Below are positions 9,146 through 19,800 of a stretch of DNA of 64,000 nt, piece after piece. Every line of letters begins with the position of its first letter. Position 1 is the stretch's first letter. The DNA is taken from contig JAFYKY010000004.1 in NCBI GenBank assembly GCA_017537345.1, positions 43,126-107,125 on the forward strand, given 5' to 3'. Origin of the DNA: Clostridia bacterium (GTDB lineage: Bacteria > Bacillota > Clostridia > Oscillospirales > CAG-382). A program made the translations under genes and the position numbers. The notes under the pieces were generated by a model, which worked only from the letters and a program-made list of their open reading frames with translations, was not told the DNA's origin and did no database searches.

Positions 9146-10666
9146 TTAATTTTTCTTTTTCGGAGGCATCAGTTTTTCAAGTTCTTTAACTATATATCTG
9201 TCAAGTCCTTGCAAAAGTATCAGCGCATCCTTGTTTTTGGGGTCAAGGGATATGATCTTTTGCCGCAATTCGTAGGAGGGTATATCTACACATCCGTCCT
9301 CCCAACAGCAAACAATGCTTTCTATATGGGTATCGCAGTTAAGGCGCATTTCTTTAAGCAGGGTATCGGATTCCGTATCTGCTAATGTATTTCCTATAAC
9401 AGCGTGGTATATATTTCCCTTTGCGGTCTTAAATACCACAGCCTGGGTCATATAGGTTGCGTTTTTCTTTTTAAGCTCCTCGCCTGCGATATCCGCAAGA
9501 CGGGCAAATTCAGATTCATCGTAGGGAATATCCTTTCCGTCCTTCACGGTTACAAATCCTCTGGTGTTGGGGAACAGACCGTTAACGTAATCGAAAAACT
9601 CAGTAAATCTTTCGTCTTCTCTCACCCCGTCAAATTCAAGGCATGAATCGTATTTCCATACGTTAAGCATGCAGGTAACGGCTTCGTCATCGTGAACTTC
9701 GCAGGAAAGGGTATCCATAAAAGGCGGACTTCCCGCAAGAGCCGCACAGCCTCTCGCACTCCACAGAGCCTTTATATATTTTTGTGTTTTTTCCAAATGA
9801 TCAAAGCCTTCTTCGTTTTCCCCTTCCATAAACAAAGCTCTTGCAAGCCCGAATTCTATCTGTATCCGCAGGGGAAGGAGAATATCGTTTTCTCTTTCGG
9901 AAAAGGCGTTAATAACTTTAAGACAAGCTCTGTAATATTCGTTGGGGTTGGGCAAAAAACAGCTTTGCACATTTCCGCAAACGCCGCGGCTTTCTTCGGA
10001 AAGCAGGTTGATCAGCTTGGACATCAACTCGTAAACGGCGTTTTGTCTTACTTTATGCCATTTTTCCGTATCTGCGTTCCAAGCGTACCTTTGAAGCAAA
10101 TAATCATCCCAAGTGGTAAAAGCATATCTTTCGGGACAAAAGCTCTTCCATATATCCAATTTGTCCTCGTCCTCATTGCGGACAATGTTTACAAGCGCGA
10201 CACACTTTTCTCCTACCGGAAGGTTGTTAAGCATTTCGCAAATCTGCTCACGCAAATCGTCAAGTCTGCTTTCGGATACGTTGTCGTATTCGTTTTTCAT
10301 TACCAAAAGATTAGTGAAATACAAAACCATATATTCTCTTGGCTTTTCACGGGTAAGCACTTCCAGAATATCGCACACCCGCTTGCGGTTTTCAAGGGTG
10401 TTTTCGCTGTGAACCGCCTTGGAAGCTTCGGCAAACTCTTTTCTGTATATGGTCAGCGAAGATTCAAACCCCAGCATAAGCTCGTCCAAGGTAACGTCAA
10501 AATACTTTGCTATCCTGGGAAGCAGCACCACGTCGGGGTAGGCTTGTCCCGTTTCCCAACGGCTTACGGATTGGGGCGTTACGGAAAGACTTTGAGCAAG
10601 CTCTGTCTGGGTTATTCCACGGGCTTTTCTCATTTCCCGTATATTTTCCGCCAAGTTAAGTTCCAA
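9146..10666 (-). CDS. XRE-family HTH transcriptional regulator with large C-terminal helical domain
   Basis: N-terminus NIREMRKARGITQTELAQSLSVTPQSVSRWETGQAYPDVVLLPRIAKYF is a Cro/C1 HTH. 506 aa with a long alpha-helical C-terminal region. Probable TTG start. Confidence 0.7.
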   Translation of the reverse strand: MELNLAENIREMRKARGITQTELAQSLSVTPQSVSRWETGQAYPDVVLLPRIAKYFDVTLDELMLGFESSLTIYRKEFAEASKAVHSENTLENRKRVCDILEVLTREKPREYMVLYFTNLLVMKNEYDNVSESRLDDLREQICEMLNNLPVGEKCVALVNIVRNEDEDKLDIWKSFCPERYAFTTWDDYLLQRYAWNADTEKWHKVRQNAVYELMSKLINLLSEESRGVCGNVQSCFLPNPNEYYRACLKVINAFSERENDILLPLRIQIEFGLARALFMEGENEEGFDHLEKTQKYIKALWSARGCAALAGSPPFMDTLSCEVHDDEAVTCMLNVWKYDSCLEFDGVREDERFTEFFDYVNGLFPNTRGFVTVKDGKDIPYDESEFARLADIAGEELKKKNATYMTQAVVFKTAKGNIYHAVIGNTLADTESDTLLKEMRLNCDTHIESIVCCWEDGCVDIPSYELRQKIISLDPKNKDALILLQGLDRYIVKELEKLMPPKKKN

Positions 10667-10781
10667 TGCGTATCACACCCTTCGTTTTGATACAGTAAGT
10701 ATAACATAATGCGAACAGATATTCAAGCAACCTGCACGGATATTTATTCACGCAACAGTTGATTTGGATTTATAAAACCAA

Positions 10782-10810
10782 TTGAAAACAGCCTTTTTTT
10801 GTGTTATAAT
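10782..10810 (+). promoter_or_regulatory. sigma-A promoter
   Basis: TTGAAA, 17 nt spacer, TATAAT upstream of the gene at 10841. Confidence 0.55.
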
Positions 10811-10840
10811 TCAAATAAGATAAAAAAGGAGGCGTGTTTT

Positions 10841-12292
10841 ATGCCCGAATGCAGCTTTTCCAAAATATCCCTCAAGGGAACCTTTGAACCCGTATGGGAT
10901 TTTCATACAGACCTTTACTGCCGTCTTTTGTATCTTCGTTCGGGCGAAGAGCAAGCGCTTTTTGCCGTTTTTGATACGGGACTTACCTGGGGCAAGGATA
11001 CGAGAAGATTTCGCAAAGAGGTGTCCGAAAAATGCGGTATACCCGAAAAAAGCATAATTTTCCACGAACTTCAGCTTCACGCCGCCCCCGGCGGACTTTC
11101 CATACATAACGGTTTGGATGCTATTATTGCCCGTGTTGCGGATGAGGTGAATAAAATGAAATCCTCTGCCGTCCCCTTTACCTGCGAAGTGGCGGAAGCG
11201 TATATGGGCACCGAATATTCCTTCAACCGCGAGCAATACGTGGAAGGCTTGGGCGGTGTAACCGTGTGGACGGGTATGGGCTTTGATTCAAACGGCAAGC
11301 CCTGCACACGGGATGAGGGCATAATGCTCCTCCGCGATTACCGTCCCAATCTTGAAACCTTAAAAGAGCCCCTTTATTTTGATAATCAAAACGACCCTCT
11401 TGCATATATGTTCCTTTTTAAGGATTTGGAGGGCAACGTGATTGGTTCGGTTTCCCGCTTTGCCGCCCATCCCGACGTAGCCGTGCTGTTTGAGCTTCGT
11501 CCCGTAGAGGGCAAAGCACAGATGTACCGTTATGATTTTGATTGGCCCGGATACCTTTCTCAAAATTTAGAGGAAGAGTTCGGCGGAACGTCCATATATA
11601 TGAACGGCCCCTGTGCAGACCTCACTACCAAAAAAGGCTATGACGGAATCGACGATTTTATTTCCAGCGACGCAGAGTGCAAGAGGATCGGACTTTCTAT
11701 TGCGGAAAAGATCAAAGCAGAATTTATCGCAAATAAACGCCCTCTTAAAAATGCGGACTTTTTGCGCACCGAAACCTTCAAGGTAACCGTTCCTATGCGG
11801 GACGATATGCCGTGTACTGTGGAGGAAGCAAGAAACGGTCAGTGGGAAAAAATAGAAAAAGCAAAAAACACCTTCGATACCTACAAGACCGACCCTTCAA
11901 AAACTCCCTCTCAGGTAAAGCGCACCGTGGACGAATATTACAAGGCTATGTATAACGGGCCTATGGTTTACGATATCTGCGGCTTTGACGACGAAACCCT
12001 TGCAAAGAGGGAAGTGGAGATAGATATTCCCTGCCTGCGGTTCGGCGAATATCTTTTCGTAGGCGTACCCGGTGAAAGCCTTGTGGAGCTTACAACCTGG
12101 TTAAGAGCTACCTTTACGGGTGCAAAAACCATTCCCCTTGACCAATGCGACGGATATTACAGCTACGTCGCCACACCCCGCTCGCTCACTCTCGGCGGAT
12201 ATACGTACTGGTGCAGTTGGACTACCCGCGACACCATACCCGAACTGCAAAAACAACTTGTACCTCTTATAAAAGAATTCTTGGAGGAATAA
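10841..12292 (+). CDS. hypothetical cytoplasmic protein (484 aa), family unclear
   Basis: Strong AAAGGAGG RBS at ATG 10841. No TM or signal sequence. No motif I can assign confidently; a ceramidase-like or hydrolase fold is possible but unverified. Confidence 0.4.
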   Translation: MPECSFSKISLKGTFEPVWDFHTDLYCRLLYLRSGEEQALFAVFDTGLTWGKDTRRFRKEVSEKCGIPEKSIIFHELQLHAAPGGLSIHNGLDAIIARVADEVNKMKSSAVPFTCEVAEAYMGTEYSFNREQYVEGLGGVTVWTGMGFDSNGKPCTRDEGIMLLRDYRPNLETLKEPLYFDNQNDPLAYMFLFKDLEGNVIGSVSRFAAHPDVAVLFELRPVEGKAQMYRYDFDWPGYLSQNLEEEFGGTSIYMNGPCADLTTKKGYDGIDDFISSDAECKRIGLSIAEKIKAEFIANKRPLKNADFLRTETFKVTVPMRDDMPCTVEEARNGQWEKIEKAKNTFDTYKTDPSKTPSQVKRTVDEYYKAMYNGPMVYDICGFDDETLAKREVEIDIPCLRFGEYLFVGVPGESLVELTTWLRATFTGAKTIPLDQCDGYYSYVATPRSLTLGGYTYWCSWTTRDTIPELQKQLVPLIKEFLEE

Positions 12293-12293
12293 T

Positions 12294-12761
12294 ATGGCAA
12301 GCATTTTTAAGTACAAAAAACAAATAAGCTTAAAAAAAGAATTTGACGATATTTATGCCGCTTTACGCAAATCGAAAGTTGAAGTTGGAAATCATTCGTA
12401 TCATTGCATAAGTGTAAACAATAAATTTGCTTTTGTTCCCAAAGCCGATACCTTTCTTGCGGGGAATTCGGCAATACCCAATGTTACCGCGGTCGTTGAG
12501 GAAACCGAAACGGATTACAAAGTAGACCTTGAATTTTTCGCTTTGCCGTTTGTTCGCATATTCTCAACTATTTTCGCAATATTTGCCGCTGTGATAGGTA
12601 TTATAGGCATTATTCCTTCTTTGCAAAGCGGAACGTTCAATTTGGGCATTGTAATATGCGGTGGTCTGATTTTGTTTGACTATGTGTTTATCCGTATTGG
12701 ACTCATATTGAATTCAAAAAGATTTATAAGTGAGCTTTTATATGAGCTTACAGGTAAATAA
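12294..12761 (+). CDS. small membrane protein of unknown function
   Basis: ATG 1 nt after the upstream stop (translational coupling). Soluble N-terminal region plus two C-terminal TM helices. Confidence 0.4.
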   Translation: MASIFKYKKQISLKKEFDDIYAALRKSKVEVGNHSYHCISVNNKFAFVPKADTFLAGNSAIPNVTAVVEETETDYKVDLEFFALPFVRIFSTIFAIFAAVIGIIGIIPSLQSGTFNLGIVICGGLILFDYVFIRIGLILNSKRFISELLYELTGK

Positions 12762-12789
12762 GATAAAAAATAATTAAAAGGATGTTATT

Positions 12790-14016
12790 ATGAACACACA
12801 AAAGATAATGAAAATTTTTGAAGATACCGCGTATGTCCGTATGGGCGGAAGCGATGCGGAATTAAAGTGTGCCGAGTATATAAAAGGTCTTTGCGCGGAA
12901 ATGGGGCTTGAGGCTAAAATAGAAGATTTTGAAGTTTCTATGGCAAACATAAAAACCGCGCATCTGTATGCCGACGGGGAAGAGATCACCTGCAAGGGAT
13001 ATCTGCTGTGCGGAAGCGGTGAGGTGGAAGCTCCTCTTTATTACCTCACCAATACGGACAAATATTCTCTTTCTCTTTGCAAGGGCAAAATAGTTCTTGT
13101 TGACGGATATATGGGCTACTGGATGTACCGCGATATTTTCGAAGCGGGCGCTGTGGGCTTTATTACCTATGACGGCAACGCGAATTATGTCGATAAGGAT
13201 ATAGACCAAAGAGAATTGCGCCCCCACGTAAGCAAGGGGGATAAGCTGCTCGGCGTAAATATCAACGCAAAGGACGCTATACGCATTGTCAACAACGGCG
13301 TTAAGACCGCAAAGATAGTTGTGGAGCAGGATGAATACGCAGGCGTTTCCCGCAACGTAATTGCGGACATAAAGGGCGAAACCGATGAGTACATAGTTTT
13401 TACCGCCCACTACGATTCCACATCTCTGTCTCAGGGCGCATACGATAATATGTCCGGCAGTATCGGTCTTTTGGGTATTGCGGAGCATTTCCTTGCGTAC
13501 TCCCCCAAATACAGCCTCCGCTTTATCTGGTGCGGCAGCGAAGAGAGGGGGCTTCTCGGCTCAAAGGCGTACGTCAACACCCACGAAAAAGAGCTTGAAA
13601 AGACCGTTTTCAATATAAACCTCGATATGATCGGCTGTATTATGGGTAAATTCATCGCCTGCTGTACCGCCGAGGAAGCGCTGGTGCATTATATAAACTA
13701 CTACGCATCCGAATACGGCTTCGGTATAACCACCCGTCAGGACGTGTATTCAAGCGATTCCACCCCCTTTGCGGATAAAGGCATTCCCGCCGTATCCTTT
13801 GCCCGCATCGCTCCCAATAACACTGCCACCATCCACAACAGCTACGATACTATGGCGGTTATGAAGGGCGAGCAGATGGAAAGCGATATAGATTTTATCA
13901 CCTCCTTTGCCTGCCGTATGGCAAACGCCTGCCGCTGTCCCGTGGATAAAAAGATCCCCGATAATATGAAGGATAAATTGGATATATATCTCACCCGTAA
14001 GAGAGCTTCTAAATAA
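12790..14016 (+). CDS. M28 family zinc aminopeptidase
   Basis: FTAHYDS and YDNMSGSIGLLGIAEHF motifs (metal-binding His/Asp, M28-like). PA-domain-like insert. Confidence 0.7.
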   Translation: MNTQKIMKIFEDTAYVRMGGSDAELKCAEYIKGLCAEMGLEAKIEDFEVSMANIKTAHLYADGEEITCKGYLLCGSGEVEAPLYYLTNTDKYSLSLCKGKIVLVDGYMGYWMYRDIFEAGAVGFITYDGNANYVDKDIDQRELRPHVSKGDKLLGVNINAKDAIRIVNNGVKTAKIVVEQDEYAGVSRNVIADIKGETDEYIVFTAHYDSTSLSQGAYDNMSGSIGLLGIAEHFLAYSPKYSLRFIWCGSEERGLLGSKAYVNTHEKELEKTVFNINLDMIGCIMGKFIACCTAEEALVHYINYYASEYGFGITTRQDVYSSDSTPFADKGIPAVSFARIAPNNTATIHNSYDTMAVMKGEQMESDIDFITSFACRMANACRCPVDKKIPDNMKDKLDIYLTRKRASK

Positions 14017-14021
14017 TAAAA

Positions 14022-14056
14022 TCTTCCCACGGAAAACCGCCGTGGGAAAAATTTTA
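14022..14056 (+). terminator. putative terminator
   Basis: Hairpin TTCCCACGG-AAAACCG-CCGTGGGAA followed by a T-rich tract. Confidence 0.45.
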
Positions 14057-14133
14057 AAAAAGATTTTGTAAAACCCGCCAACCTTTTGTAAAACTTCTCC
14101 ACTATATAGTCAAACGGCGTCGGAGTTAATAAA

Positions 14134-15753
14134 ATGGATAAACAAACAGCAGACAAAATCATAACCGAATATCTGCAAAAAATTTACGGCTTTGCGGTAA
14201 AAAAGTCTTTTTCCTTTGATGAGGCGGAGGACCTTTGCTCGGATATAATTCAGGAGGTATATTTATCTCTGCTCAAAGCGGATTATATTGCCAATATAGA
14301 AGGCTATATCTGGCGTATAAGCAATTATACCTATTCAAAGTACGTTTCCCGCAAAAAGAAAGCGGAAGGAGTTTCTCTGGATAACGTAATTTTACCCTAT
14401 TACGAGGATTACTCCCTTGAAGATCCCGATGAAGAGCTTTTCCGTCTTCGCCGCGAGGTAGCTTTTTTAACCAAGACCCGCAGACAAATTGTTTATCTTT
14501 TTTATTACGAAAACGAAACTGTTTCCAATGTTTCAAAAACACTTGCCATTCCCGAAGGTACGGTAAAATGGCATCTTAACAAAGCGAGAAACGAACTAAA
14601 GGAGAATTTTACAATGGAAAGAAAAATAGGAACTCTCGGCATATCCCCTTATATCCCCACCGGCTTCGGACACGATGGAAACCCCGGTGCAAACAGCGGT
14701 CCCGGATTTTATCTCGGCGATAAGCTTAACTGCAATATAGTTTACAGCGTGTATTTTGAGCCCAAAAACACAGATGAGATCGCCCAAGAACTCGGCGTTA
14801 CTCCCGTGTATATCGAGGATAAAATAGCATTTCTGGAAGAAAATGGCTTCCTTATAAAGCAGTCCGACGGCAAATACACCACCTACGTTCAATTTGCCCC
14901 CGCAACGTATTACGCAGAGCTTGAAGAAAGAAGAATTATTCTTCAGCGCGAGCTTGCGCAGACTCTGGCAAAGGAATATGCGCCCAAGATCATCGAAGCC
15001 ATAAAGGACGTGACCGACGTATATATCCCCACGGGCAACAGACAGCTTTTGGAAGCGGCGGCAGTATTTTACGGCGTAGCAAACAAATGCCGTGTAAGTA
15101 CGGGTAAGGATCTCAGCAAATATTATATTAAGACTACAGCAGGCGGAAGATTTATTGCTTACGTCGAATGCAACAAGCAGCCTGCCGATCCCGATTACAA
15201 GCACACTATTGAACCGTGGAACTACGCTGCCTGCGGCAGTATGAACCGCTGGTCGGATAAGTATCCCGCGCTATATTCATGGTCTATAGATTCCCGTTTT
15301 TCATCCCGTAAGGGACATTGGGAAAACAACCTTACCTCGGATTACGAATACGTATACGAGCTTTTAAACGGTACTCTTACCCAAAACGAAGCAAACGCAG
15401 AAAAGTATGCCCGCCTCAAGGAAAGAAAATTTATTACCGATAACGGCGAAGTTAACATAATGCTCGTAAAGGGCGATTATAACGAATTCTTCGCCAAGAT
15501 TCCCGAACTTGAGGAATGTTATAAAGAAAAGGTTGCACCCTTTGCTTTGGAATACGCCGCAATGATCGGCAAGCAGTATCCTCCCCAGATGCAGGACCTT
15601 ATCACCGCATACGAGGTAGGCGGGTTTATCAGCAACTCTGTTGCAATGATGGTAATGGATATTCTGTATGCCGACGGCACCTTCACACCCGTTACCGAAA
15701 GAGAAGCTGTAACGACCAACCTCTTAATGTTTACGGATATATTGCCCAAATAA
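14134..15753 (+). CDS. sigma-70 family (ECF-like) RNA polymerase sigma factor fused to a ~370 aa C-terminal extension
   Basis: Region 2-like segment IQEVYLSLLKADYI...YIWRISNYTYSKY. Region 4 HTH RRQIVYLFYYENETVSNVSKTLAIPEGTVKWHLNKARNELKE within the first ~170 aa. Then a continuous 370 aa domain with no TM helices. Confidence 0.65.
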   Translation: MDKQTADKIITEYLQKIYGFAVKKSFSFDEAEDLCSDIIQEVYLSLLKADYIANIEGYIWRISNYTYSKYVSRKKKAEGVSLDNVILPYYEDYSLEDPDEELFRLRREVAFLTKTRRQIVYLFYYENETVSNVSKTLAIPEGTVKWHLNKARNELKENFTMERKIGTLGISPYIPTGFGHDGNPGANSGPGFYLGDKLNCNIVYSVYFEPKNTDEIAQELGVTPVYIEDKIAFLEENGFLIKQSDGKYTTYVQFAPATYYAELEERRIILQRELAQTLAKEYAPKIIEAIKDVTDVYIPTGNRQLLEAAAVFYGVANKCRVSTGKDLSKYYIKTTAGGRFIAYVECNKQPADPDYKHTIEPWNYAACGSMNRWSDKYPALYSWSIDSRFSSRKGHWENNLTSDYEYVYELLNGTLTQNEANAEKYARLKERKFITDNGEVNIMLVKGDYNEFFAKIPELEECYKEKVAPFALEYAAMIGKQYPPQMQDLITAYEVGGFISNSVAMMVMDILYADGTFTPVTEREAVTTNLLMFTDILPK

Positions 15754-15762
15754 CAAAACAAC

Positions 15763-15795
15763 AAAAAGAGCAGATTTTTGTCTGCTCTTTTTTTA
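15763..15795. terminator. bidirectional rho-independent terminator
   Basis: AAAAAGAGCAGA-TTTTT-GTCTGCTCTTTTTTT between convergent genes. Confidence 0.7.
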
Positions 15796-15806
15796 TGCCC
15801 GCCGTT

Positions 15807-16658
15807 TTATACCGTGCCGGTTACGGTAATGGTGCTTACGCCGGGAGTAACAGTCCAACCGCAGGAAGCGTCCTGCTGATAAGTGGCGGCGGGAACAGTT
15901 ATCTGACCTAAAACGGTAGAAAATTGACCGGTAATGTTGTTGTAGGTGTAGTTTGCGGGGGACGTCCAGGGGGCGCCGTTGTAGGTTACGGCGGTAATAT
16001 TGATCGCGGGATCAAAGGTATCGGTAACCACTATATTGTCGGTCGCCACGGCGTCCACGTTGCCGGTATTCTGTATCGTGAAGGTGTAAGTCAGCGTTCC
16101 GTTTGCGTTTACCACGGAAGGACATACCGCCTTGCTTATTGTGAGCTGAGGTTCATCAAGGGCGGAAATGGTAGCAGTGTCCGTAAGGTTTGCGGGTATA
16201 CCCGTGCCGCTTGCGGTTACCACGTTGTTTATAAGCCCGCCGCTTTGAGGCGGTGCAAAGGGGGTTACCGTTGCTTCATAAACCAGCATTGCGTTGCCAT
16301 CGGCAGGCACGGTAAGACCGGAAAAAACAACGGAACCGTTTTCCGTAACTGCGGGAGGCTCCTGAAGAACACCGTTTACATAATATCTGACGGTGCCATC
16401 ATTATATTCCAAAGGATAAACCGTAGACGTGTTGCAAAGAAATCCGCCCATATCGTCGGTCACGGTTACGTTGGTAAAAGGGGCGGTTCCCGTGTTCAAC
16501 AGGCTTACCACGTAGGTTACGTTATCGCCTACGGAATAATTGTCATCAACCGCCGTTTTTGTAATTGAAAGAACTTCCTGTATCGTTCCGGAAACAGTGT
16601 TTGAATTAACCGTTCCGCCGTTATAAGAAAGCGTTGCTGTATTTGTAAATGTTGGCAT
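15807..16658 (-). CDS. DUF11-type repeat domain protein (two repeats), no signal peptide
   Basis: Thr/Val/Asn-rich beta-repeat units with a shared motif (…LTYTFTIQNTGNVDAVATDNIVVTDTFD… and …VTYVVSLLNTGTAPFTNVTVTDDMGG…). Matches the conserved repeat domain seen in DUF11 proteins. Confidence 0.5.
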   Translation of the reverse strand: MPTFTNTATLSYNGGTVNSNTVSGTIQEVLSITKTAVDDNYSVGDNVTYVVSLLNTGTAPFTNVTVTDDMGGFLCNTSTVYPLEYNDGTVRYYVNGVLQEPPAVTENGSVVFSGLTVPADGNAMLVYEATVTPFAPPQSGGLINNVVTASGTGIPANLTDTATISALDEPQLTISKAVCPSVVNANGTLTYTFTIQNTGNVDAVATDNIVVTDTFDPAINITAVTYNGAPWTSPANYTYNNITGQFSTVLGQITVPAATYQQDASCGWTVTPGVSTITVTGTV

Positions 16659-16818
16659 TAATTTTTCTCCTTTACGTCATTTGCGCTTTTGCGCTTACTT
16701 CATTTTATGCGTTTGTGCCCGCTACCGTGAAGCTGTTTTGGGTTGACTTTTTAAGAAAAACAATGTAGAATATATTATAAAAAATTTGCCGTGTTTTTGC
16801 GGCGGAGAGAGGTACCCA

Positions 16819-19800
16819 ATGAAACGCTTTGTCAGAATACTTTCGCTCTTCCTTGCGGTGTTGTTCGTATTTTGTTCCTGCACGACACCCAATGAACAAA
16901 GCACAGACGTTGAAAGCTCAGGTGACAGTGAAGTGTCTTACGATTCCGAAAATCCCAACAGAACACTTATCAGCGTAGGCAAGCCCTATAAAAGCGTAGT
17001 GCCCGCATCTTCATCTTATGCGGATTACAACGGTCAGCAGCTTACCGACGGTCATAAAACACCCAACACTCAGGTTCACTATACCGACCCCAGAATGGTA
17101 GGCTATACCTCTGACGGGCAGTTTATACTTGATCTCGGCGAGGACGGAAAGCGCATAACCGAAATCGCTTTGCGTGCTTTTGAATTTTATTCCGACGGCG
17201 TAAAGCTCCCCACTCATGTGCGTTACAGCGGCTCTAACGATGGAGAAGATTGGGAGGGTATAGATACTGCATACTTCATTCCTCAAGGCGACCGAAGCGT
17301 ATGCGTTGCAAAGGTTGTACTCGATAAGCCTACAGATTACAGATACATTAAAATTCGTGTGTATAAGGGCGCCGCTTTCTTCTTTATTGATGAAATCGAA
17401 GTATACGCAGACGTCCCCGCAAACAAAAACGTGTCGCTTTTGGAAGCATACAAGAACGAAAATATAGATAAATCCGCTTGGAAAGCGCTTTCTACCTCCA
17501 AGAAGGCAGAGTACAGCGTTTCTGCCAATATCGCATACGCAAAGCAGTGTGCTTATGCGGATTGCAACTTTGATAACCGCGCTCCCGCCGAAGGGGAGAA
17601 GCGCAATGAAAAGCTCCAGACCTTCCTTACCGACGGAAAACCTACGGGCCGCTTTTTCGGTGAGGATTACTGGGTAGGCTTTACCGGTAAAGACGGTGCA
17701 AGCCCCAAAATAACCGTTAATCTGGGCGAATCTTATGATAACGTATATGGCTTCCGCGTACACGCTATGGGCGTGGGACCCGATATCGTTTATCCCGATT
17801 ATATCGATGTATACGGTTCCAAGGATGCCAAAGATTACGTTTTGCTGGGCAGAGTATACGCTCCTGCGGAAAGCGTTCATTTTGCATATACTTTGATTCT
17901 TAAAGAGTTTGTTAACGTAAAATCCGTACGTTTTGAATTCGGCGGAGAAGGAAATTTCTGGGTAGAAGAAATAGAGGTTCTGGCAGGCTATGACGATGCG
18001 GTCCTTAACGAGCTGTATCCTCCTCTTGAGCTTCCCGAAGTTACCGAGGATGAGTTCTGGGATGCATCCGAAGCGGATTATACCAAGTATCAGAATCTGC
18101 TCAAGGGTGTAAAAACTCACGTTGCGGCAGCTCATTACGCAGATATCCTTACATACGGTAAAAACACCGCACCCGCAACCAACACCGCACTTACCGATGG
18201 CAAGCGTGCCGTAACCACCGACCGCGGTACAGGTGAATATTTCTATATGCAGGGCGGTAAGGGATACAACTTCTTCTTTGATTTAGGCAAGGTTTCCTCT
18301 GTGGATAAGCTTGTATTAAGCTTTTTTGAATATAAGGATTGGGCAATAAACCGTCCCAAATTCTGCGATGTATTCCTTTCCGATGACGGCGTTAATTGGT
18401 ACAAGGTCGGCACTCGCAGCGCTTCCGATGACGGTGAAGCAAAAAATAACTACCGCGGAACTTATGAATTCGTTCTGGATAAGACGTATTCCGCACGCTT
18501 CGTGCGCTTACGAGTGGAAGCGGACGGCTGGCTGTATCTTGACGAAATGGAAGCTTTCGGCACCAAAGCGGTTACCGGAAAGACCGTTCGTCTTGCCGAC
18601 AGCGGTATGGACAGTGTTATCTTCTATTCCAACTACAATAACGCCCAGTACGCTACTACCGAAAACACTCCCATAAAGGCAGAGGATATTACTCTGGTAT
18701 ATCTCGACCAAAAGGATCTTGATAACCCCAAGGAAAACATGCTCCTTCCTTACGTTGCTTATCTTGATAAGGACGGTAATATAAAGGATACCTTTATGGA
18801 CGGTTTTGCATATCTTCCCACAAGTCCTCTTCCTTCCGGCGTGTTGGCTCACGAAGTACCTATTATGTCCGATTGGGAATGGCTGTTTAATGCTACCTTC
18901 CACAGCGCATACGGCTTTGACGGACTTGAGCAGACCGTACAGACTGTAAAGGACGCTTTGGGCGCGGATTTTGAGGATTATAAAGTGCAGGTATACGTAA
19001 GTATTCTCACTATCAGCAACGAAACCGACAATTTCGGCGATGTAGACGGCGACGGTGTTCCCGAAACCACCAAGACTGCCGAAGACAGAGAAAAGATATT
19101 AAGATGGTATATTGGCAAATGCCAAAAGGAATTCGCAGATTGCGGCTATGAAAATTTGGAACTTGGCGGATTCTACTGGATGAACGAAGCTGTTATCTGG
19201 GAAAAGGACGATTCTCATATTATCGCAGAGGTTGCGGATATCATTCACGATATGGGCAGCTGCTTTATGTGGATTCCTTACTATACCGCAAACCGCTACT
19301 TCCTCGGATACGAAATGGGCTTCGATTTTGTAAATATGCAGCCCAACGTAGCTTTTGATCTGGATGCACCGCTTTGGCGTTTTGATTCCACAGCAATGCT
19401 TACCAAGTATAATAAAATGAGCGTAGAGATTGAGCACACCCGTCAGTCAATGTCGGATATAGCCTTTGCCCGCAATTATATGCTGTATCTCTATTACGGC
19501 GAAGTTTACGGATATATTGATTCTATCCACGTTTATTACAACGATAGAGATAACATTTCCGCAATGGGATTTTCCGATGATCCTCTTTGCCGTCTGCAGT
19601 ACGATGCAACATACCACTTTGCAAAGGGCACCCTTGATGTAACTCCCGATACAAAGGATAAACTTGTTTTCGATGCTTTGGCAAACGATGTTTTTGTTGA
19701 TACTCTTAATCCCGAAAAAGATTATCAGCTCTTTACTCTTGCATCTATGCCCGAGCACGGAACCGTATCTCTCCTGTCCGACGGTACCTTTGCATATTAT

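Noticed and set aside
17011-18135. 374 aa ORF antisense within the large discoidin lipoprotein gene
   Set aside because: No RBS or motifs. The sense-strand protein has coherent domain architecture.
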